Shown piece by piece: positions 54,396 through 64,000 of a DNA stretch of 64,000 bases. How positions within the stretch are numbered: position 1 is the first letter of the stretch; every line of letters begins with the position of its first letter. The notes under the pieces were generated by a model that saw only the letters and a program-made list of their open reading frames with translations, searched no databases and had not been told where the DNA came from. A program made the position numbers and the translations under genes. This stretch comes from a virus, in the IMG/VR virus record IMGVR_UViG_3300032805_000004, positions 14,256 through 78,255 of that record; one strand, written 5' to 3'.

Positions 54396-54877
54396 GCGCG
54401 GCGGCGGTGGTCTTCCATCCGGTCGCGGCGGGCTTCGTCGAAGGTGGTGTTGACGGCGTTCTCGCCGGGGGGGGTGTTGACCATCCGCCAGAACGCGACC
54501 ATGACTTCTTTGACGCGGCGTGATGCCCGCAGGCTCCACAGGATGCGTTCGTTCTCGTCGGCCAGGTCGATGACGAACCCGCGGGCGGGGGTTTCGGCTG
54601 CTGCTGTCTGACCGCGGGTGGCGAAGGCCCGGTAGCCGGCGGCGATGAGGAGCTCGGTGGGGAGTGTGCCGAGGCCCTGGTATTTGGTGCGTAAGAGGTC
54701 GGTGAGGGGGAGCAGGGCTTCGACTTTGGGGAGGTGGTTGCCGTGTCGCCATTGGTTGACTTGGCTGCGGCTGCGGCCGGTGATGTGGCCGATGTCGTGT
54801 TCGGTGAGGTGAGTGCGGTCGATGACTTCGTTGAGGAGGTCAGCGAAGCGTTGCTCGTTGCGTTCGGAGTCGGGCAC
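54392..54877 (-). CDS. HTH repressor (CI-like)
   Basis: HDIGHITGRSRSQVNQWRHG.HLP; divergent from Cro-like gene; TAACTT 7 nt before GTG. Confidence 0.7.
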   Translation of the reverse strand: MPDSERNEQRFADLLNEVIDRTHLTEHDIGHITGRSRSQVNQWRHGNHLPKVEALLPLTDLLRTKYQGLGTLPTELLIAAGYRAFATRGQTAAAETPARGFVIDLADENERILWSLRASRRVKEVMVAFWRMVNTPPGENAVNTTFDEARRDRMEDHRRRA

Positions 54878-55053
54878 GCGGCACAAGTTAACACACGGTT
54901 GCATGTGCGCGTGGCTACGAACGGTCTTCGGATACCCGGGTCTTACTTGATGGTTATGTAAGTCTTACCTTCGGCGTGTACACCAAAAACTTTTGCGCGC
55001 GTCTCGGCGGACACCCCTAGCGCGCGTACGAACAAGCGCGCTACTGTCTGGCT

Positions 55054-55347
55054 ATGAGCAAACCCCTGGAGCCAGGTATCCGTCTCCGGGTCGACAAGTT
55101 CAAACAGCGCTGCTTTGAACGCGACCCCGACAAGGGCACCTCCGCTGGGCGCGCCGAGATAATCGGCATGTCCAGGCCGGCAGTCGCCCGAGTCCTCCAG
55201 CAGACATATCCACCTGGCACAACGTTCATCGCCGCGACGCTCCTCGCGTTCAAAGACGACTACGCCTCACTAGGCAGCGTCTTCGACGATCTTTTCGAGG
55301 TAGTCCCCGCCACCGCGCAGCGGCATGACGTCCCCGAAGCCGCCTGA
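55054..55347 (+). CDS. Cro-like HTH protein
   Basis: RAEIIGMSRPAVARVL..P...FIA; first gene of the rightward operon; TACTGT -10 box. Confidence 0.65.
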   Translation: MSKPLEPGIRLRVDKFKQRCFERDPDKGTSAGRAEIIGMSRPAVARVLQQTYPPGTTFIAATLLAFKDDYASLGSVFDDLFEVVPATAQRHDVPEAA

Positions 55348-55453
55348 CAAAGGAGAAAGCCCCCGCCTCAGACCCATGAGACGGGGGCCAACCAGAACAA
55401 GGAGAACAAATCTCAATGACCAGCAACAACGACGATACCACGGGCGGCCAATC

Positions 55454-56818
55454 ATGACCGGCCCGGAGCACTACCGCGAAGCGGAACAGCTACTCAAAAG
55501 TGCGGAAGAACTCATCGCACACGATGTTACGAGCGCCATAGCTTCTCTCACCGTCAGCCACGCGCAGGTGCACGCGACGCTAGCGCTCGCCGCCGCCACC
55601 GCCATGGCACCCACATACGCCGGCATCACAGAGCTGGCGACCTCCGCGTCGGCACCTGGTACATCCTCCCTGGCCGAATGGGCCAGAGAGGGCAGCAGGT
55701 CACTGTCCGAATGGACCGAGGTGATCTCATGACCGCCGCCGTTGACAGCAGGCCGTGGGCCGCGGACATCTCCTGGATGCTCATCGCACCCCTCCCCGGC
55801 CCGCCCACCGACCGGCGGCTGCTCCCCCTCACCGGGACCAGCCCCCGCCGGACCGCACCCACCATCGTGTGCGAACTGATCTGGTGCCCCGGCGGGTGGC
55901 CGTGGGTTTTCGCCGACGCCGACGCCTGGTCCGAAACGGAATGCTGGCAGGTCGCCATGCACTACGGCTGGGTCAAGGACTGGATCGGGCGCCGCGCGTG
56001 CCCGGCGTGCAGGCAGCATCCGGAGTTCCGCCCGGCCCCGGCGACGTGCCTGCCGGTGCCGTTCAAGGCGCCGCCGGGTAAACACAAGCGGCAGCCGGAC
56101 GAAACTTGGCATGGCTTGTCCCCATGCCCGCCGCCGCTGCCGGAGATGATCGACGACGACACCGACGTCATCACCGCCGCAGCCTTCGACTGGGACACCC
56201 CACCCGCCGACACACCCCTCCCGCACCGCCGCTGGTCACTCCCGTGGAACAGACCATGAACGGCGTCAACTGGGGCGCCTGCCGCGCAGCCGAACTCCGC
56301 CGCCTCAGCCAGCTACGCCACTTCGAGTTGCTCGCTGAACTGTCCCCGCACATCACCGACCCGTGGCACGAGGCCCAGTTCGCCGGGATGACACGCGACG
56401 GGCTCATCGCCAGGCTGCTGGAACTCAAACGCGGGCAGGAGGTGCCGGAATGACCGCCCCCGCCGAGATGGAAACCTGGCTCACCTTCGATGAGTGCGCC
56501 GACAGGTGCGCCCGCGCCTACTGGCTTGAGCGGCTCGCTGACCAGGTCGCGTACACGCCGGAGACGCTCTGCGAGTACGCGCTGCGCGAGCAGCTCACCA
56601 GGTACGCGCATCACACCCTCAGCGCCGAGGAACGCAGCAGCCTGTTCGATGACCACGTCGCCGCGCTGCGGCGCCTCGCCCAGCTCGACACCAGCGCTAT
56701 CACCTGGGCGGATGTGGACGAGAACCTGACCTGCTGCGACCGGACCGCTGCGGCGCGGGAAATCCTCGACGCCGCCGCCGAAGACGCCTTCGACAGGCTG
56801 CTGAGGGGGCGGAAATAG
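55454..56818 (+). other. Early hypothetical genes 55454-55732, 55729-56259, 56256-56453, 56450-56818
   Basis: ATGA-coupled ORFs. Confidence 0.55.
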
Positions 56819-56987
56819 TGACCGGTCTCGAAGAGATCATCACTGGATACCTGAATCCGGGCGACGACCTGATTGACCGGCTAGCCGCCAGGTATGCCCA
56901 TCCCAGCCTCACCGCTGAGGAGCGGCAGGACGCGGTCCGGCGCAGGGATTTCGATGTGCTGCTGAACGGCAAGAAGGGGGGGACCCG

Positions 56988-58085
56988 ATGACCGCCGAGG
57001 TGGAACGGTTCCAGCCGCGGGACGCGATGCCCGCCAAAATCCAGTACGCGGAGAAACTCGCGAACTCGGGGCTGCTGCCTGCGGCGTTCCGGAAGCAGCC
57101 CGCGAACGTGCTGTACGCGGTCGAGTACGGCGACATGCTCGGCCTCGCGCCGATGGCCGCGATCACCGGAATCCACGTGATCGACGGCAAGCCGACCGCA
57201 TCCGCCGGCCTCATCTCGGCGCTGGTCCGCCGGGCCGGGCACAAACTGCGGGTTTCCGGCGACGCAGCCAGTGCGACATGTGAGATCACCCGCGCTGACG
57301 ATCCTGGTTACACGTTCAGGGTCACGTTCACGGTTGAGGACGCGAAAACAGCCGGACTGGTCGGCAAGCCCGTGTGGAAGCAGTACGGCACGTCGATGCT
57401 GAAGGCACGGGCGATCACCCAATGCGCTCGGGATGCCTGCGAGGAAGCCCTGTTCGGGTTGCATTACACCCCGGAGGAGCTCGGCGCCGAGGTCGACAAT
57501 GACGGCGCGCCTGTGCCGCCGCCAAGGCAGGAGCCGAAACCGGCTGCGGATCCTGCGGTCGAGGACATTCAGGACGCCGAGATCGTCCCCGACGATCCGC
57601 ACGGGTGGTTGATGGAGGCAACTGTCAAGGCCAGCGTCTTCGAAACCGTCGCGGACGGGCGCCGGTTGTGGGACGAGGTGGCAGCTATGCACCGCGGCCG
57701 CATGTGCTCCGGCGACGACCGCAAACACCTCGAAGACTTGATGACGGCACGGTTCGAGGATCTCCAGCGGCCAGCCGAGGAGGTGACCCCGTCTGCGGTG
57801 ATCCCACCCGGGGCACCGGCGCAGGAGACGGGTGTCGCCGCGTCACGTGGCCAGATCGGTGTCATCCACCAGCATTTCCAACGCCTCGGATACGAAGACC
57901 ACGAAGGTGACCGCGAGGAACGCCTCGTCTTCACCGGCCGCCTCGCCGGGACCGGCCCACTCGAAACCAGTTCCAGCCTCACCAGCGAGCAGGCCAGGCA
58001 CGTCGCACGGCAACTCGAAGTGCTTAAAAACCGGGCCGAGCTTGTTGCCCTGCTCCACCCGGCAGACCAGGAGACAGCAGCATGA
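56988..58085 (+). CDS. RecT/Bet-like single-strand annealing protein
   Basis: SGLLPAAFRKQPANV..GLAPM..IHVIDGKP..MLKARA..YTPEEL. Confidence 0.75.
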   Translation: MTAEVERFQPRDAMPAKIQYAEKLANSGLLPAAFRKQPANVLYAVEYGDMLGLAPMAAITGIHVIDGKPTASAGLISALVRRAGHKLRVSGDAASATCEITRADDPGYTFRVTFTVEDAKTAGLVGKPVWKQYGTSMLKARAITQCARDACEEALFGLHYTPEELGAEVDNDGAPVPPPRQEPKPAADPAVEDIQDAEIVPDDPHGWLMEATVKASVFETVADGRRLWDEVAAMHRGRMCSGDDRKHLEDLMTARFEDLQRPAEEVTPSAVIPPGAPAQETGVAASRGQIGVIHQHFQRLGYEDHEGDREERLVFTGRLAGTGPLETSSSLTSEQARHVARQLEVLKNRAELVALLHPADQETAA

Positions 58086-58603
58086 GCCTCGCAGAAGACG
58101 CTATCCGGGTCGCTGTCATGCGGACCCTCGCCGATGACGTGGACCGGGCTCTCAAAGAGGACCGGGCCGCGTTGCTCGAGACGATGGCCGAGGAAGGGAT
58201 CACCGGCCTGAAAGCCCGGCTACCCGATGGGACGAAAGTCGCGAACCTGCCCTATGTGGGCGGTGAACCGCGGGCCCAGGTCGATGACAACGCCGCCTTA
58301 GTTGCCTGGATGGAACGGAACCGACCGGACGAGGTGGAGGTGGTGAAAACGGTCCGCCCGCAGACGTTGAAGGCGATCCTCGATGCGGCCAACACGCACG
58401 GCGCGGCGGTCGACCCCAAAACGGGGGAACGGATTCCCGGGATTGGGTTCGGGATCAGCACCCCGTACATACAGGTCAAGTTCGTCAAAGGCAACGGACC
58501 GGGTGAGGGTGGCCGGGATCTGATCCGTGAGGCGTGGCGGTCCGGGTCGCTGCAGGCGCCGGATCCGCGGACCCTGCCGGCGGGTGGTGACGGGGATGCC
58601 TGA
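58082..58603 (+). CDS. Hypothetical recombination-module protein
   Basis: Coupled to annealase; DPKTGERIPGI motif. Confidence 0.5.
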   Translation: MSLAEDAIRVAVMRTLADDVDRALKEDRAALLETMAEEGITGLKARLPDGTKVANLPYVGGEPRAQVDDNAALVAWMERNRPDEVEVVKTVRPQTLKAILDAANTHGAAVDPKTGERIPGIGFGISTPYIQVKFVKGNGPGEGGRDLIREAWRSGSLQAPDPRTLPAGGDGDA

Positions 58604-58810
58604 CGAGACGTGGACGGCGCGCGGCCGCGAAGTGTGGGACTTCTACCGCAACCTGAACTATCCGCAGCGTCCCTTGTATGACCTGTGCGCGGCCGACAGA
58701 TGCGTCTGCGGACATTTGGTGTACGTCAGCGATGACGGGCATTGCCAAGTGCAGGGCTGCACCGGCTGCGAAAACCACACCTCCAAGAACCTCCCTGCCG
58801 GGGGCACCCA

Positions 58811-59209
58811 GTGAAACGGGTCACGCCGCTACGGCGAACCAGCCAGCTCGCACAGGTGATCCCACTCCACCGCAGGCAACCTCTGGCCCGGGTCGTCGAG
58901 ATCCGGCCCCGCAGCCCCAAACAGGCCACCCTGTACCGGGACCGGCGGGTACCGCTAGTGAAAGAACTCCTCACAGTCAGGCCATGGTGTGAGATCCGCT
59001 GGGACGAGGGATGCCAGGGCCGGGCAGCCGAGGTCCACGAACCGGGGAAACGGTCCCAGGGTGTGGACATTTGCGACCTGGCTGAGTGTGTGACCACCTG
59101 CTGGTATTGCCATCGGCAGGTTCACGGGAATCCGGCTGTTGCGGTCCGGCGGGGGTGGCTGCGGTCGAAGAAGGCCGCGCATCCTGCCGGCGGCGGTGAT
59201 GCCGCGTGA
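58811..59209 (+). CDS. HNH-like zinc nuclease
   Basis: WCE..C..VHE..RSQG..CWYCH..VH. Confidence 0.6.
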   Translation: MKRVTPLRRTSQLAQVIPLHRRQPLARVVEIRPRSPKQATLYRDRRVPLVKELLTVRPWCEIRWDEGCQGRAAEVHEPGKRSQGVDICDLAECVTTCWYCHRQVHGNPAVAVRRGWLRSKKAAHPAGGGDAA

Positions 59210-59772
59210 ACATCGCATTTATCGACACGGAGACCACCAGCCTGCGCCATGACCGGCGCGCGTGGGAAATAGGGATCATCCATCGCCAACCCGGCCACGC
59301 CGACACCGAGCACCACTGGTTCATCAGGTCCGATGACCTAGACCTTGGAAACGCCGACATCGTGTCACTGAAGATCGGCAACTTTTATAGCCGACACCCG
59401 CAGTACCGGTCATCCATTTCGGTTTCTCATCAGCGTGAAGCCGATGTGCTACGGAATGTAGAGAAGCTCACCCGTGGCGCCCACCTGATCGGCGCACTGC
59501 CATCCTTCGACGCCGAAGTGCTCGCCACCCGGATGCGCGCCAACGGCATCTGCCCGTCGTGGCATTACCACCTCATCGACATCGAACCGGTGATGATCGG
59601 CTACCTGCGGGGGCTCGGGAAACCGGTCCCGGATCTGCCGTGGCCGTCGGATGAGCTGTCCCGCATGGTCGGCGTAGAACCACCCGGGGATGCTCAGCGG
59701 CATACCGCGCTCGGGGATGCCGACTGGGTGCGCCGCATCTGGGACAAGTTGATGGGCGGTGATGCCGCATGA
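59206..59772 (+). CDS. DnaQ-like 3'-5' exonuclease
   Basis: IDTETT, PSFD, HTALGDA (DEDDh). Confidence 0.85.
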   Translation: MNIAFIDTETTSLRHDRRAWEIGIIHRQPGHADTEHHWFIRSDDLDLGNADIVSLKIGNFYSRHPQYRSSISVSHQREADVLRNVEKLTRGAHLIGALPSFDAEVLATRMRANGICPSWHYHLIDIEPVMIGYLRGLGKPVPDLPWPSDELSRMVGVEPPGDAQRHTALGDADWVRRIWDKLMGGDAA

Positions 59773-60854
59773 TCGGGTTCGTGGCGACCTGCCTCCTGAT
59801 CGGCCTCGGTGTCCTCACTCTCCTCAGCATCGCCGCCGCAGGGCTGTTCCTGTGGATCGACCGCTGGTTCACGCGGCGCCGTGAAACTGTGGCAACGATC
59901 CGCCGGGCCGCGCAGATCAACTTGCGCAGGCAGCGGGACTGCCGCCTGGATCGTCTGTGGGGCCGGTACGGCGTCACTTTCGAGGGCGAGTTCCGGGACG
60001 ACGAGGCCGTTGCGGCGCTGTCCCGTGATCTAGCGCGGCAAGACGAAACCGGGCGGCCAGGTGAGACGTCATGACCGGCGGCCGGTGCGGCGCTATCTAC
60101 CTCGGCCACGGCGGCGCCAGATGGGTCTGCGCACGCAGCCCAGCCGCCATGTACCGGCGGTGCTGCCAGCATGAGCATCCACGCGAAGTCCTGCTGTGTG
60201 CTTTTCACGCCGGAACACTCAGCGATGGACTTTGCAGGGAGTGCCTTAACCATCCGACGGATCCGCATGAGTGCGGGATTCATGTGCAGCCGCTGGCAGA
60301 TAAGAGGGCGCTATGACCGACGGCAGGTGGGTCTGGGGAGGGGACATCCTAACCTCTACCGCCGCAGCCGTTGCGCGGGAGCTGGACCGGACCCGCGTCG
60401 AACGGGACGCCTACCGGAACGCCCTCGAGCAGGTCACCCACGACTTCACACCGCAGCGGCCCGGTAGCGACGTGTGCGGTGTTTGCGGCTGGTTCGACGG
60501 GCCGGAGCATCAGACACCCGGCAGGGTCCACGCCGGGCTGGCTCTCGGCACACCGGGGGCACCATCGATCGCCTGCCCGAAGACACACATCCCGGAAATC
60601 CCTTGCGATTGCGGCGCGAACCGCAGCCCTGGGGCGGCCTCATGACCTCGGCGGGGCGCGTTGCTACAGAGGCGGGAAGGGGAAGCCCGGTCTCCCAAAG
60701 CGCGCGCCCCGCTGAGCACCACTGCACATGTGCCCACTCGGCGGTGCTTCACAACCTCAGCCCCACACGGGGGCGCACCGGCTGCTCGTTCATCGGCCCG
60801 CGCGGCGTGGTGTGCGGCTGCCGCCTATTCACCGAAGGAGACACCGATGGATGA
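59769..60854 (+). other. Small hypothetical genes 59769-60074, 60071-60316, 60313-60645, 60642-60854
   Basis: ATGA-coupled; several Cys-rich. Confidence 0.5.
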
Positions 60855-62190
60855 ACCACTAACCGCCGTGTCTCTGTTCGCGGGAATCGGCGGCTTCGAC
60901 GAGGCCCTACGGCGCTCCGGAGTGCACGTAACCGCAGCCGTTGAGATCGACGCAGACTGCCGCAGAATCCTCGGCCGCCACTTCCCGCAAACTGCCCTGT
61001 TCAACGACGTGACGGAGGTCACTGGTGACCAGCTACGAGCAGCCGGATTTGTTCCCGCCCGGGGAATCATCACCGCCGGGTGGCCCTGCCAGGGAAACTC
61101 GGTCGCGGGCCGTCGCAGCGGCATGGCTGACCCACGTTCTGGCCTGTGGCGGCACGTCGTGCGACTCCTGGCTGAGACACGCCCCCGTTGGTTCATCGGC
61201 GAAAACGTTCCTGGGCTCCTTTCCATCGGCGACGGCCGCGACTTCGGAACGGTCATCGCAGACTTGGATGACCTGGGGTACGGCGTGGCGTGGCGAGTTC
61301 TGGACGCGCAATGGTTCGGAGTGCCCCAACGACGCCGTCGTGTCTTCATTGCCGGATGTCTTGGAGACCCAGCGGGACCTGTCGAGGTATTGCTTGAGCC
61401 CGAAAGCGGCGCAGGGTATTTTGCGGCGGGCGGAGCGGCGGGGGCGGACGTTGCCGGAACACTTGGCAGCCGCGTTGGAGGGTCTCGCACAACAGACCTC
61501 GATGGGAACGGCGCCTATTTCACAGTCGGAACCCTCGGAACCTCAGGTCCCGGCGGGGGATGGCGGGTAGGGGCGGACGAGGCCGCTGCGGGACAGCTCG
61601 TGACGACGCTCCAGGGTGGGGGACGGCGTGGGCACCGGGTCGATGCCGAGGGCGCCGCCGGTGGTCATCTGATCGCGTTCGACGCCGCGCAGATCACCAG
61701 CGCGGAGAACCGGGTCAATCCGCAGCCGGGTGATCCGCAGCCGATGGTGGCTTACGCCCTGACGGCCCGCAACGACCGCAACGACCGCGAGAACCGCGAG
61801 AATACGTGGATCCCCGTCACTTGTGAGCGAATGGTCACCCATGCGCTCACAAGTGACGGGGCGGACGCGTCCGAGGACGGCACAGGACGCGGCACACCGC
61901 TCATCTCACTCGCCGTGGCCGGGGACTTCAGCGCAGGCGAGAACGTGGCTCAGGCAGTCCGTGGGGCGCACGGCCAGCCCGGCTGTGTCACAGCCGGGCT
62001 GGCCGTCAGAAGACTCACCCCGACCGAATGCGAGCGTCTAATGGGCCTACCCGACGGATGGACCGAAGGCCAATCCGACTCCGCCCGCTACAGGCAGTTG
62101 GGCAACAGCGTTGCCGTCCCGGTCATCGAATGGATCGCCCGCCGTGTCCTGGCGGTAGAGGCAGCGAAGGAGGTCGCTCGTGCGGCATGA
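60847..62190 (+). CDS. DNA (cytosine-5) methyltransferase
   Basis: SLFAGIGG, GWPCQ, ENVPG, PQRRRR, RRLTPTECERL, QLGNSV. Confidence 0.92.
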   Translation: MDEPLTAVSLFAGIGGFDEALRRSGVHVTAAVEIDADCRRILGRHFPQTALFNDVTEVTGDQLRAAGFVPARGIITAGWPCQGNSVAGRRSGMADPRSGLWRHVVRLLAETRPRWFIGENVPGLLSIGDGRDFGTVIADLDDLGYGVAWRVLDAQWFGVPQRRRRVFIAGCLGDPAGPVEVLLEPESGAGYFAAGGAAGADVAGTLGSRVGGSRTTDLDGNGAYFTVGTLGTSGPGGGWRVGADEAAAGQLVTTLQGGGRRGHRVDAEGAAGGHLIAFDAAQITSAENRVNPQPGDPQPMVAYALTARNDRNDRENRENTWIPVTCERMVTHALTSDGADASEDGTGRGTPLISLAVAGDFSAGENVAQAVRGAHGQPGCVTAGLAVRRLTPTECERLMGLPDGWTEGQSDSARYRQLGNSVAVPVIEWIARRVLAVEAAKEVARAA

Positions 62191-62464
62191 CGAAACCTGG
62201 CGCGACCACGCAGCCTGCTACGGAAAGCCGCGGGAATGGTGGTTCCCCGAAGGCGACCGCGGCGAAGCCCTCCAGCACCTCCAGGCCGGGAAACGCATCT
62301 GCCTCAACAAGTGCCCCGTCCGCGAAGAATGCCTCGACTACGCCCTCGGCCGCGGTGAAAAGTTCGGCACCTGGGGCGGTCTCAGCGAAAAAGAACTGGA
62401 TCATGAGCATAGGAACCGGCCGCGCAGGGTCGGGGCGAAACGGGCCGTGAAGGACGCGGCGTGA
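62180..62464 (+). CDS. whiB: WhiB-family regulator, second copy
   Basis: WRDHAAC..WWFP..C..KCPVREECL..FGTWGGLSE. Confidence 0.88.
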   Translation: MRHDETWRDHAACYGKPREWWFPEGDRGEALQHLQAGKRICLNKCPVREECLDYALGRGEKFGTWGGLSEKELDHEHRNRPRRVGAKRAVKDAA

Positions 62465-62787
62465 CCCCGCGGGCCCGCGACAACAGGGATACGGGGTGGC
62501 GGATCAACCGTGCCCGTTCCACCGCCGAAGCTGTCGGGTCGGCGCGGAACGCTTCCAAGGATTCGTGGCGGGGTGCTGATGCGATGACCGCCGCGAATGA
62601 TCTGACGCCGGGGCAGCGGGCGGATGCGGTGCGGTTTGTGCAGCGGCATGAGGTGGAGGGCTGGGTGATGGAGACGTTGCTGGCGTTGGGGTTGCGGCAG
62701 CCGGGGACACGGGTGGTGCGGTGTCATCCGACGGGGACGCGGATCAAGACTGGTGCGTACCGGGTCGTCAGCGACGGCCAGCCATGA
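62461..62787 (+). CDS. Hypothetical protein
   Basis: GTGA-coupled to whiB. Confidence 0.45.
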   Translation: MTPRARDNRDTGWRINRARSTAEAVGSARNASKDSWRGADAMTAANDLTPGQRADAVRFVQRHEVEGWVMETLLALGLRQPGTRVVRCHPTGTRIKTGAYRVVSDGQP

Positions 62788-62795
62788 ACGGCAGG

Positions 62796-63020
62796 TCAGG
62801 CGCAGGCTGCGGAGAGCTCGCCGCGCTTGCGTGCCTCACGGACGAGCCGGGCTACGTAATCGTAGGTGTAGACGTACCCGATGGCACGGGTGATGGTGGC
62901 TGGTTTCTCACCAAGCGCCGCAGCCTTCACGATCGCGGCACGCAGCCGCTCGGGTGCGGCCACGTAGGCGTCCGCTGCTTCCTTGAGTTCCTGTGTCATA
63001 GCGGGCTCCACGCTTTCCAT
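62796..63020 (-). CDS. Small HTH-like protein
   Basis: LRAAIVKAAALGEKPATITRAIG..YT.DYVARLV. Confidence 0.55.
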   Translation of the reverse strand: MESVEPAMTQELKEAADAYVAAPERLRAAIVKAAALGEKPATITRAIGYVYTYDYVARLVREARKRGELSAACA

Positions 63021-63130
63021 CGTGCCATGTTCACGACCCTGCGTCACGCACCGGGCTTATCACCAAGGATAGCGTAGTAGTATCTTGATCTGAGTTAGTG
63101 AACATAGGACCCACCTAGAGGGGGGGCAGC

Positions 63131-63841
63131 TTGACTGAGATCCGGACGCCCCCTGATCACGCCACGTGCAAAACGCATCGTCACTACAAACTGAACTGTG
63201 ATCAATACGAAAGCCTCCTTCGCCGCAGCGGGCAACACTGCGAGATATGCCAGCGTTCGTGCGCAAAGACATCACACGGCAAGCTCTTCATAGATCATCA
63301 GTACGCACTGTGGGGCGTACGCGGGCTGCTCTGTAACCCGTGCAACTCACGACTGAGGAGCGGGCCAAGTAGTTGGCAGCGCGCTGAACGGTACTTGGCG
63401 AACTCCTGGTGGGAGCAGCAATGCTCAGCGCTCGGGCTTCCCGCCGGTCGTCGCCCAGAGCCAGGGGTCGGATCTGCAATCCGTAACCAGTGGGGAACTA
63501 TCTGGATCAACGCAGGGGACTGGTGGCGTGCGCCAACGCAAAAAGGCCACGGCTGGAGTCCAACCAACTGGCAGGGCCTCTACCGCGCATACGGCCCGCA
63601 CAATCTAGTGCCTTTTAACATGGCGATCATCGCCGATGAGCCAGGCATGTGGATCCTGCGAGTAGAGCTGACCGGATCTCCCGTCGTCTGGGCGCAAGTA
63701 TGCGAAGTGACAGGCATCGCCTTGAAACCCGGCGATGTCTACGATCCAGCCTTCACTGGGGCGTCAAAGCCGTACGCCTCCTCGACGGGTGCCGACCAGC
63801 CACGCGAGGCCCGGACAGGACTGCGTACGTGGACTGGGTGA
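63131..63841 (+). CDS. Endonuclease VII-like protein
   Basis: HYKL..QY..L...CEIC..IDH..VRGLLCNPCN. Confidence 0.75.
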   Translation: MTEIRTPPDHATCKTHRHYKLNCDQYESLLRRSGQHCEICQRSCAKTSHGKLFIDHQYALWGVRGLLCNPCNSRLRSGPSSWQRAERYLANSWWEQQCSALGLPAGRRPEPGVGSAIRNQWGTIWINAGDWWRAPTQKGHGWSPTNWQGLYRAYGPHNLVPFNMAIIADEPGMWILRVELTGSPVVWAQVCEVTGIALKPGDVYDPAFTGASKPYASSTGADQPREARTGLRTWTG

Positions 63842-64000
63842 AGCTGTCGGCCCGCTACTACCTCGACGTAGCGATCGCGAACCTCCCCGACGCCGACACC
63901 GAAGTCATGTTCACACGCGCACTCGCCTACGCAGGCGACCAAGAGACAGGAGGCTGGATCCCCACGGGGATGCTCCCCGCGTTCTGCCGGAACAGGCGGT
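63829..64000 (+). CDS. Probable replication initiator N-terminus (partial)
   Basis: VDWVKLSARYYLD..MFTRALAYAGDQETGGWIP; runs off the window. Confidence 0.55.
   Translation, partial: MDWVKLSARYYLDVAIANLPDADTEVMFTRALAYAGDQETGGWIPTGMLPAFCRNRR

Noticed and set aside
60661-60846. Upstream extension of the methyltransferase ORF
   Set aside because: AAGGAG SD precedes ATG 60847, just before motif I.
1-64000. Integrase/att sites, tape measure, lysin, tRNA or rRNA genes
   Set aside because: None recognised by eye; they may lie outside the window, so prophage status and tail type are undetermined.

Overview
A 64-kb high-GC segment of an actinobacterial temperate phage or prophage (WhiB, DUF397, GntR/UTRA, leaderless promoters). 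The minus-strand virion operon runs terS-terL-portal-MuF polyprotein-[about 21 kb of accessory genes: glycosylation cluster, duplicated DUF4038-like hydrolases, beta-helix and repeat proteins]-prohead protease/scaffold-major capsid protein-small structural genes. To its right lie a KorSA-like GntR/TraB-like/Spd-like module, a repressor/Cro-like switch, and a plus-strand recombination/replication operon (RecT-like, DnaQ-like, C5 DNA methyltransferase, WhiB, EndoVII). Highlights: (1) a 370-aa intein in the MuF HPRCRC motif has no sense-strand endonuclease, but a complete 3xHTH + VSR/DUF559-like endonuclease gene is encoded on the ANTISENSE strand entirely within it; (2) the major capsid gene is split by three group I introns, with a 28-nt micro-exon, an intron-encoded VSR-like endonuclease and an adjacent free-standing LAGLIDADG gene; (3) a modular MuF polyprotein (ParB-like, Nudix, HiPIP-like) with putative Lys protease cut sites. 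All calls come from manual motif reading; no database search was run.
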